Of a stretch of DNA of 44,083 nt, positions 35,190 to 44,083 are shown piece after piece. Position numbers and translations under genes: made by a program. Source of the DNA: Octopus bimaculoides. Lineage: Eukaryota. The notes below the pieces were generated by a model. It saw only the letters and a list, made by a program, of their open reading frames with translations, made no database searches and was not told the DNA's origin. The stretch is from contig NC_068997.1 in assembly GCF_001194135.2 (NCBI RefSeq), positions 47,340,091 to 47,384,173 of the forward strand, given 5' to 3'. The stretch's first letter is position 1. Each line of letters opens with the position of its first letter.

Positions 35190-35420
35190 GCATATCCGGG
35201 TACAGGACGTCAAAAAAAAAAAAAAACGTGGACAAAAAAGGTACGGGAACATAAACAAAGCACAAAAAAACGAACTTTTTTTACGGACAACAGAATGAAC
35301 ACATAGGAAAACGGTCTCATGTGGAACTTTTCCTTCATCAGCTGCCTCTATTCTAAACTAGGCGTTTCGAAGATGAGGCAGAACGCGGTCTTAGAATAAC
35401 TCTTTCTGCGAAGCAAATTA
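35190..35420 (-). mobile_element. Interspersed repeat carrying hammerhead-ribozyme core motifs (possibly Penelope pLTR-derived)
   Basis: Minus strand reads GCGTT-CTGCCTC-ATCTTC-GAAACGC-...-GAGGCAG-CTGATGA-AGGAAAAGTTCC. A second partial copy is at 10001-10100. Confidence 0.6.
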
Positions 35421-36229
35421 TGTGAAGCCTATATATATATATATATATATATATACATACATACACACATACATACACACACACACACACACACACGAAT
35501 GCACGCGTGCGCACACACACACGCATTGTGTCTTCAGACAGAGAATAAAATACTTGATTCTAAGTCTGCAATATTTCTGATGGGAAATTTCTTACATGTT
35601 TATCCGACATGTGCAATTTTGTAATTCCTATTAGCAAATGAAACATGTACAATGGATAATGAATAACACCCACAAAATCTTTTCCAGCTTCTCTGTTTTG
35701 ATAATAAACTATTCTGCAAACAATATTTCCAGAACTTCCAACTCTAATGCGTACCTCACATAAATATAACAACTACATTACCGAAGCAGATGTGCTTCAA
35801 GGACAGCTTGGATTTTAACATTGCCTAATATACTAGGATGCGTTATGAGGTGGCTGTGGTTGATATTTCTGGTCACATCGAAGTTTTCTCGCTGGCTGTT
35901 ATTGATGTTGTTGGGACTGTGAGAGTTGGTGTGTCAAGAGATGGGGGTATCATCCTGTTAGAAACCTATTCCGGGTGTTTACAACCGAGTTTACTCAGCT
36001 AAAAGCGCTTATTGATTAGAAGATGCTTTTTCCATCCTACAGCAAAAATCAGAGCGGTTGTGTTTCATCTTACAAGTATTAGAAACGCTGTCTTACTGGA
36101 CTCAAAACGCCATTTATTTTATGATGCCCGTTAAATGTTCGTAGAGACCATCACTCCAAAAGCAGTTGTATTCACTCTGGCTGAAAAATTCCTTCCTTCG
36201 TGAGGTGATTTGTTGTTAGATTATTGCTT

Positions 36230-36500
36230 CAGATACGATAGCAAATTGAGTTGGCCACTTTAGTTTAAGAAACGGAAGCGAAGGCTTAATGGCCTGAATA
36301 AAATAACAGGAAAAAAGTTTTAATGAGAGGAGAACGCGTGTGAGTGAAGGAATGGTTGGACATATATGATGCGAGAAAGGAAACTATATACCTCTGTGGA
36401 ATGAGATTTCCATAATTGATAGAGAATCGCTGTAGAACCTTACAAACATCAAAGAAGCAGTTCATACATATAACATTTGCTGATAACCCAGTCAATGAGG
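36230..36500 (+). pseudogene. Penelope-like element GIY-YIG C-terminal remnant
   Basis: ...*IK*QEK / MRGE / GMVGHI*CEKGNYIPLWNEISIIDRESL*NLTNIKEAVH matches the Penelope pattern R..EH.K...RG...SGMA.H.W...GNH...W..V.I.DRE......IKEA.H. Confidence 0.65.
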
Positions 36501-36574
36501 CTGACATTTGATCAATATGACTATTTTTACTGGAAAACAAGTTTAAATAACCTAAAACTGTAAGCATTAATTGT

Positions 36575-36920
36575 ACGTGGTAGCGAACTGGTGAAATCGA
36601 TCGTTGAAAGAAAAAAAATGCCTTGCGACATTTGTTCTCACTCTTTACATTATGAATTCAAATCCCGCCGAGTTCAACTTGGCCTTTCATCCCTCCAGGG
36701 TTGATAGAATGGAGTACCAGTGAATGGAGTACCAGTGAATGGAGTACCAGCGTTGAAGGTATTTACTAACCTCATCTTGTTGATCTTGTAATTGAATTAG
36801 AAACTGTGAATTGTACAGTCCAGTGGCTGTGAGGTCAATCTTACCGTTCATCTTTTCGGGGCGGATAAAATAAATACCAGTCGAAATTCCTGGCCTTGTG
36901 CTAAAATTTGAAATCATTAT
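36575..36920 (+). mobile_element. Two degenerate family A SINE fragments; the first has an internal 15-bp triplication
   Basis: TTCAAATCCCGCCGAG...GCCTTTCATCC...(GAATGGAGTACCAGT)x3 at 36707-36750. The second fragment, GAGGTCAA...GATAAAATAAATACCAG...GGCCTTGTGCTAAAATTTGAAATCA, spans 36831-36920. Confidence 0.8.
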
Positions 36921-37292
36921 TACGTATTTAATCTACTGAAGAAACATACTCTTCGCGTCTATTTAGAACTTAGCTTAATTCTTTATGCTCAGTCTTATCG
37001 GAATGTTAAATGGCGATGCAATTATTAGAATATTCTGAAAAATAGATACGATTGCAGTAATACATTCGCATCACATCTATACCGGGAACATGCCATGNNN
37101 NNNNNNNNNNNNNNNNNNNNNNNNNNNNNNNNNNNNNNNNNNNNNNNNNNNNNNNNNNNNNNNNNNNNNNNNNNNNNNNNNNNNNNNNNNNNNNNNNNNN
37201 NNNNNNNNNNNNNNNNNNNNNNNNNNNNNNNNNNNNNNNNNNNNNNNNNNNNNNNNNNNNNNNNNNNNNNNNNNNNNNNNNNNNNNNNNNNN

Positions 37293-37340
<48 letters not shown>

Positions 37341-37356
37341 CATATATACACGTACG

Positions 37357-37389
<33 letters not shown>

Positions 37390-37576
37390 GTTATATATAT
37401 ATACATATATACATACATATATATGCATATATGTATACATATATGCATAGATGCATACATATATACATATATATGCATATATGTATGCATATATGCAAAC
37501 ATTTATCTATACATGTATATATAAATATATCTCTACATAGAGCTATATGTATTTATATATGCACATATATATATGC

Positions 37577-37608
<32 letters not shown>

Positions 37609-37610
37609 CA
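37293..37610. repeat. (TA)n/(CATA)n microsatellite
   Basis: Direct reading. Confidence 0.95.
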
Positions 37611-37782
37611 AAATAAGCAACAGGATATCAAGAGGTGATGCAGTACGACCGTTTCAAGCGGCTGCATTTAATTGAACAATACAATCATTACATCAATTTA
37701 AATGCAGGGCTATCCTCAGCTGCATAAATAAACAGGGGACGGGACAAGCATGTCGATTATATGAACTCTAGTACTTGACTGT

Positions 37783-38040
37783 GGAGGCGCGTGGCTTAGT
37801 GGTTAGGGTGTCAGCATCATGATCATAAGATTGTGGTTTCAATTCCTGGACCGGGCGACGCGTTGTGTTCTTGAGCAAAACGCTTCATTTCACGTTGCTC
37901 CAGTCCACTCAGCTGGCAAAAATGAGTCACGCTGCGATGGACTGGCGTCCCGTCCAGCTGCGGAACACATGCGCCATTGAAACCGGGAAACAGGGCCCAT
38001 GAGCCTGGCTAGGCTTTAAAAGGGCGCATTTATTTATTTA
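37783..38040 (+). mobile_element. Family D SINE, full length, with probable target-site duplication
   Basis: A box TGGCTTAGTGG, B box GGTTTCAATTCC (37835-37846), CORE-like GTGTTCTTGAGCAAAACGCTT, Meta-like GCGATGGACTGGCGTCCCGTCCAG and a (TTTA)n tail. Flanks are TACTTGACTG (37772-37781) and TACTTGGCTG (38044-38053). Confidence 0.9.
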
Positions 38041-38580
38041 TAATACTTGGCTGGCCCTTTATTTTGTTAAGTCCGAAAGGATAAAAGACATAATCTTCGT
38101 TAAAAAAATTCAAATTTTGGCAAATGAGATAAAGATGAATTACTGGTAGAAATCAGTCAAAAGCTAACTTTTGTAAGAAAAACTAAGTTTACGTGAATGA
38201 ATAAGAAGCAAAAATATATTCTACTTTAATAAGAACGTAACGTTCATTGTCTTTTCTGCTTCTGAAAAAAATTTTAGTTGGTAAATGAGATGGCGAGAAA
38301 TGTCCTGTTAGATTTAACAGCACCGTGTGTATTTTCATTTTTGCTATCAGAGAAAAGTTTATTGTATGGAAAAATGAAAGAAAAAGACGATAAAAGAAAG
38401 GAGAAAATGTGAGTTGCAAAATTATCTTTCTGATTTTGTGTGTAGGCAAGAAAGATATTCATCTTACGACAGCAAAGGCAAGACAACTTCATTTCTTTTT
38501 GTTGGGTACCAGTCAGTACTTCTCTCTAAAATGTTGCCTTCCTGAATTGAATTCAGGGCGGGGAAAAGCTATTTTATTTT

Positions 38581-38788
38581 CTACTGTAGGCACAAGGCCC
38601 GAAATTTCGGGAAGGGGGATAGTCGATCTCATCAACCCCAGTGCGTAACTGGTACTTATTTCATCGATCCCGAAAGGATGAAAGGTAAAGTCGACCTCGG
38701 CAGAATTTGAACTCAGAACGTATCGATAAGCGAAATACCGCTAAACACTTCGTCCAGGGTGCTAACGATTCTGCCAGCTCGCCGCCTT
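38581..38788 (-). mobile_element. Family A SINE, full length, inverted relative to the other copies
   Basis: Reverse complement AAGGCGGCGAGCTGGCAGAATCGTTAGCAC...GAGTTCAAATTCTGCCGAGGTCGACTTT...AAATAAGTACCAGTTACGCACTGGGG...GGCCTTGTGCCTACAGTAG. A further degenerate head fragment lies at about 38830-38895. Confidence 0.92.
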
Positions 38789-39225
38789 GTAAAAAAGCTA
38801 TTTTATAGTTGAGGCAGGTTCAGATGAGCACTCGGTGGGATTTGAACTCAGAACGAAAAAAATCTGTGCTCCAGCGCCTCTGCCAGCTCGCTGCTCTGCT
38901 TACTGTTTATTTACATGTCTCCTAAAATTAGTTTGAAANNNNNNNNNNNNNNNNNNNNNNNNNNNNNNNNNNNNNNNNNNNNNNNNNNNNNNNNNNNNNN
39001 NNNNNNNNNNNNNNNNNNNNNNNNNNNNNNNNNNNNNNNNNNNNNNNNNNNNNNNNNNNNNNNNNNNNNNNNNNNNNNNNNNNNNNNNNNNNNNNNNNNN
39101 NNNNNNNNNNNNNNNNNNNNNNNNNNNNNNNNNNNNNNNNNNNNNNNNNNNNNNNNNNNNNNNNNNNNNNNNNNNNNNNNNNNNNNNNNNNNNNNNNNNN
39201 NNNNNNNNNNNNNNNNNNNNNNNNN

Positions 39226-39272
<47 letters not shown>

Positions 39273-39827
39273 GTAACACAAGAAACGCAATGTAACAATT
39301 CTCACGCTGTTACTGAACTTAAGTAGTCTTCATTCTTCTTCCATCAGACAGCATTTTATGTCTTCTGTAGATGAAATCACAAGCAATGAGATTAATAGAT
39401 TTACGCATTAGGTGTATTTACATTAAAATTAAAAAGCGGTTGAAACCGTGCGTGTCTAACATCAAAATGTTAACCATTTACTGAATTAGACACTAAATTC
39501 TATGCATTAAATTAACAGTTTTATTTTGAGTTCAAAATCACTTAATATTTGGATATTTAATAATTAATATCTATGGTTTCAGTCTGGTTAGACATTGCTT
39601 ATCGTATCTACACAGACAGCCTGTTCCTGACACCCTCCACCATACATACATATTTAGGTATATGTGGTTAAGCATAAATCAACAACTGAGACACGTATTA
39701 AAATAACTACATGTGATTTATTGTCATATGCCTCGGTTGTTCATTTTTGCCTGTGTCACTCTTTGGATAATGAATTTTATATAATATTCTCCAAATGTAT
39801 GAATAAAATACATCTTTTATGACAATG

Positions 39828-39885
39828 AAACCAGGAAACCGGCCCTTATGAGCCAGGTATGGCTCGAGAAGGAACAAACAATAAC
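39828..39885 (+). mobile_element. 5'-truncated family D SINE tail
   Basis: GAAACCAGGAAACCGGCCCTTATGAGCCAGGTATGGCT resembles 37979-38012. Confidence 0.55.
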
Positions 39886-39971
39886 ATGTTGTTTCTAGAC
39901 GTTCTGTAAGTGCCTTAGGGCTATAGAGATCTTGTTGGTCATTTATGTTTTAGATTTTGTTCTATATACTA

Positions 39972-40219
39972 TTGGGTTGGTGCATAATTATTGCGGCTTT
40001 TTTTCAACAAATTTTATTCAACAAAAACAATAACAACATGTAACAAAAATTTCTTTAAATGATTATTCCCGAGCATATTCACCATCTACGCCAATTACTG
40101 CTTCCCATTTGCTTGGCAGACGGTCAGACCGTCATTTAAAGATGTTTTTACTAAATATTGTTATTTTTGTTGAATAAAATTTGTTGAAAAAAAGCCGCAA
40201 TAATTATGCACCAACCCAA
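39972..40219 (-). mobile_element. 248-bp mariner deletion derivative (MITE) with TA target-site duplication
   Basis: Perfect 56-bp inverted repeats TTGGGTTGGTGCATAATTATTGCGGC... (Hsmar1/MADE1-like), extending imperfectly to about 90 bp. TA on both sides. 40125-40063 encodes DRLPSKWEAVIGVDGEYARE*, the mariner transposase C-terminal L..RW..VI...GEY motif. Confidence 0.92.
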
Positions 40220-40648
40220 TATAAAAGTAAAGAAGTAACTTCGCTAGTAACGAGATAAATCTGAAAATTAACGTAGCTACATCTGGTAAAAAAAAAACAA
40301 AAAAAAAGAACAAGTAAAAACACTACCTTCTGTCACCGAAGATCATGAAATTGCACCTAGAAAGTTCCTTTCCAAGGTACAAGTCCGGGANNNNNNNNNN
40401 NNNNNNNNNNNNNNNNNNNNNNNNNNNNNNNNNNNNNNNNNNNNNNNNNNNNNNNNNNNNNNNNNNNNNNNNNNNNNNNNNNNNNNNNNNNNNNNNNNNN
40501 NNNNNNNNNNNNNNNNNNNNNNNNNNNNNNNNNNNNNNNNNNNNNNNNNNNNNNNNNNNNNNNNNNNNNNNNNNNNNNNNNNNNNNNNNNNNNNNNNNNN
40601 NNNNNNNNNNNNNNNNNNNNNNNNNNNNNNNNNNNNNNNNNNNNNNNN

Positions 40649-40649
<1 letters not shown>

Positions 40650-40683
<34 letters not shown>

Positions 40684-40884
40684 TTGTGTGTCTGTGTTTG
40701 TCCCACCAACATCGCTTGACAACTGATGTTGGTGAGTTTACGTCCCCGTAACTCAGCGATTCAGCAAAAGAGACAGATAGAATAAGTACTAGGCTTACAA
40801 AGAATAAGTCCTGGGGTCGAATTGCTGGACTAAAGGCGGTGCTCCAGCATGGCCGCAGTCAAATGACTGAAACAAATAAAAGAG
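40650..40884 (+). mobile_element. Family B SINE 3' half (5' part probably in the gap)
   Basis: GTGTCTGTGTTTGTCCCACCAACATCGCTTGACAAC...TAAAGGCGGTGCTCCAGCATGGCCGCAGTCAAATGACTGAAACAAATAAAAGAG. Confidence 0.92.
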
Positions 40885-43356
40885 TTCACAATATTTTTGG
40901 TTATCTGAAATTTATGGTAAGTCTAACTTCAATTTGTTTTTTATTAGCCTCGCTATATGTTGCTATCTTATCGTGGGAAGAATCCTTTCATGATTGCCTT
41001 GACCAGTTTAATTAATTTAATCACCATTTTCTTGACACCCAATCGAAAACAAATACGGTTATATAGGTCCCACGGTGAGTTTGATTACTTACAACTTTTA
41101 ATATAAGACACAAACCAGGAAGTAACTTGCATAACGGTGCATTCATTTGCGAAAGAGTTAATAACTGAATGAATTAAAAACATCATAATTAATTTTGCAC
41201 TTCACAGCATTTTTGATTAATCTGAAATTTATTGAAGATCTACCATCGAATCGTTTTTCATTAGCTTCGCTACAAAATGTAAACGAGTGCAAACAAATGC
41301 TGATACCTCTCAGTAGGGAGGACCATTGCAGAATCTTCTAATCTCATTTTAGAAACTTAATCGAGAATAAATACTTTCATATTCGGCCCATGTTGAGATC
41401 GGCAACTTATAGCTATTTATACCAACCATAAACCAGCTGAAATCGCCAGTCTAATTTGCATAACTGCGTATCTGTTGCAGAAATATAAACATTTGTTTAC
41501 ACTTGTTTACTTTTCGCCGCGAGGCTAATAGTAAAGAAAAACAAAATTATAGGTATATCTGCATAAAGATTTAAATAATCAAATACGTAGATAAGTAGGC
41601 AGTTAGCTAGTAGATGTATGATTGGTTAAATAGCTGCGTTTGTCACCTATTTACACGTTGAGTATTTTCAGTACAGGAAAATAAAACAAAACATGTTAAG
41701 TATGATAGTTTTATTCATATATTCATAGATTTCTCACCGGGATATAATCTGGCGACGAAACGAAACGAAATGAAAGGAAAAACCGAAATGTTCGGCTCGC
41801 AATAGAAAGTTTGCTGGCCATTTTCTTTCCATAGATAATTCCAAAGAAGCTTTATTGTGCTAACTTCAGGAAATGTGTCCGCATATTAGTGGCGTGTATT
41901 GTCTTGGCTTGTCTTTTTTTAAATAAAAAAAGACACAAATATTTTGTATTTACAGAGCTAATAATGGCTGCATGTCTCTCCCTCTCTCTCTCTCTCTAGC
42001 TCTCTTTCAGCTGTGACGTCAATAGTTCAGAAAAATACAATAATAATAGAAATAAAAAGATGATGATGGAGATGATTACGATGATTATGGTATTAAAAGT
42101 AACAAGAACAACGATAATAAAGATTTCTTCATCATACAACAATGTTGTCTTTATTAGCCTCAAGGACATATCGTATAATACAAAACATATCATGTAAGAA
42201 GACGTGAGGGTGTATCTATAAAAATAAACGGGGGCCTGAACGAAAATTTAATACAACACGAGAAACAAACAATATCATAATGTGGCCTCTGGTGGGGTTT
42301 ATATAAGATTTTTTGTGGTGGTAGTGGTGGGGTCCACACAAGCAAAATCGTAGAGGTAAATAAAAAAAAACTTTGCTTTAGATTTATTGCAAAAAAAAAA
42401 GAAAAAGATTTCTTTCTCTAACGCTTAACATTATTCAGCGTTTCCAGCCATTGAAACATGTTCTTTCGTGAGAGCTATTGGAAACCTACGCAAGTATATG
42501 GGCCAAAAACAAAATAGGAATTTTGTAAAGAAGCATCTACAAAACCACCTTGTGAACATGGAATGGTTAGGGGGTTCCACCAGAGTAAAATAGTAACCAA
42601 ACGGGTCCATAGGTAAAAAAAAAACGAAAAAAGTTGAGAACGATTGCCCTAGAAGGGTCAAGGAATCCAGCATTTCGATCACTCCCTGACACTTTTTGTT
42701 TTCTTCTAACTGCAACTTACTGGCAGAATCATGAATAGCCTCTGTCAAGTACACCAGTTTCACAACTTGTATAAAAGTTCTTCTACCTGGTGGCGATAGT
42801 AAAGGAATTTCTATGCTTGACCGATTCATAGTTTTGAAGAACAAAGCTTTTCATCTCCGGTATAACTTGAAGTGGAAAGTGAGAATTAAAATAGGGAAGC
42901 GCTAACCTTAAAACAAATTTGGTGGAATTCTATGAGAGTTCAGTTGCGAAATTGGCATTTTTGATCGAACCATTTTCCCGACGCACTAACGATCCTGTTC
43001 ACAACTTCCATAGCGCCCTCTGTCGACAAGATTAGTTTCGCAAAACCATAAACGACACGGCTAATTAAGAAACAGCGATGTTAGTACAATGTGACGATGA
43101 GGTGATGGCAGTGTGTGATTTGAAGGCAGTTTGACTGCTATTTCTACAAATTCTTCCGACCAGGTAGAGGCTTCCTCGTCGAATCGTTTAGTTTTATGTT
43201 GTTGACAACGAAGAGAGGGGGTAATGTTGGCGTGTTTCCTAGACTCGTAGAATGACTGTGCTTTGGTGTCGGTGAATGATACTGGATTAGCGTGAGTTAA
43301 TTATCTTAAGGTGTTAATCAGTTTACCATTAGTAGAAAATAGATACATGCTCATAC

Positions 43357-43527
43357 ATGAATAAATGGCAGACAGTGCGACAGCTTCAGACAAAAAAGGA
43401 ACTCATAAAAACCAAATCCATCCCCATTAGAAGAGGAATATTCCAGGGAGACACACTCCCTTCACTCCATTTCTGCTTGACACATTTATGTGACATGTTA
43501 AACAGAGCTGGATGTGAAAGAAGATGA
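43357..43527 (+). pseudogene. Reverse-transcriptase fragment of an R4/Dong-like (RLE) LINE
   Basis: MNKWQTVRQLQTKKELIKTKSIPIRRGIFQGDTLPSLHFCLTHLCDMLNRAGCE contains the I.RGIFQGD.LSPL.FCL RT motif typical of R4/Dong-type elements. At 56 aa it is absent from the ORF track. Confidence 0.85.
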
Positions 43528-43534
43528 TAGTGAG

Positions 43535-43560
43535 AATAATAATAATAATAATAATAATAA

Positions 43561-43622
<62 letters not shown>
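43535..43622. repeat. (ATA)n(GTA)n trinucleotide repeat
   Basis: Direct reading. Confidence 0.95.
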
Positions 43623-44083
43623 TGAGGAGGAGGATAGTAAAAATAAACTGATATATTACTGAAACTGGCCAAGGTCTCATCGATGAGTAGGAGCGCTCAG
43701 AATAAAAAACAGAAAAGAAACGAATGCAGTGGAGCACCACTCTGTACAAGAATGGTAAATTCGTTTTACATCCTCCATTTGGCCCAAAAAGATAAAAGGA
43801 AGCCTACTGTGACGACGAGACATTTAAACATCGCTTTGACGGCAAACAACTTTTATTCTTTGGGCTTGAATATAATTCAATGTAGGAGATGGATAAATGT
43901 TCTGCATTGAGGTTTCTTGCAATGATCAGATGTCATCCCAGGAAAAAAAACAAAAAAAAAAACAACAACAACAACAAACACGAAAAACATTGAATGTTTC
44001 TATTAAAATGGCGTCGTTTGTGTTAGTTTCATGTAGATTCATTGTTGAACGTGCCCTAGCTGTATAATCATAGTTCATATATA

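Noticed and set aside
35838-36002. 55-aa plus-strand ORF MRYEVAVVDISGHIEVFSLAVIDVVGTVRVGVSRDGGIILLETYSGCLQPSLLS
   Set aside because: Short, with no recognised motif or splice support; may be part of the neighbouring decayed retroelement.
40323-40390. GCACCTAGAAAGTTCCTTTCCAAGGTACAAGTCCGGG, reminiscent of another interspersed repeat
   Set aside because: Cut by a gap after about 70 bp and has no second copy in the window to support a call.
42431-42844. 137-aa minus-strand ORF and an internal 66-bp candidate exon (42721-42786)
   Set aside because: No recognisable domain, only a moderate acceptor, and not phase-linked to the other candidates.

Overview
Animal (metazoan) genomic DNA from a gapped short-read assembly: 19 N-runs totalling about 6.6 kb, most of them flanked by microsatellites. 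The microsatellite load and the SINE families resemble octopus / coleoid cephalopod DNA; this is inferred from recalled repeat families, not from a search. No complete host protein-coding gene is visible, and most ORFs in the supplied track are microsatellite or N artefacts. The window is dominated by repeats. It holds at least four tRNA-derived SINE families and an internally deleted Helitron with a 210-codon open PIF1-helicase tail. It also holds a decayed hAT (Charlie/Buster-like) transposase, maT-like and mariner deletion derivatives, and two unclassified long-TIR MITEs. Penelope GIY-YIG remnants and R4/Dong-like LINE fragments are present but are missed by the ORF track. The most unusual observations are: (i) a repeat at 35.3 kb carrying all hammerhead-ribozyme core motifs with correct stem I/III pairing but in a non-canonical strand order; (ii) a cryptic, highly diverged 18-bp minisatellite at 15.3-15.85 kb with recurrent +7-bp units; (iii) a 22-bp-stem pre-miRNA-sized hairpin at 2.15 kb; (iv) a few well-bounded candidate exons of an unidentified gene. 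All of these need experimental or database confirmation.
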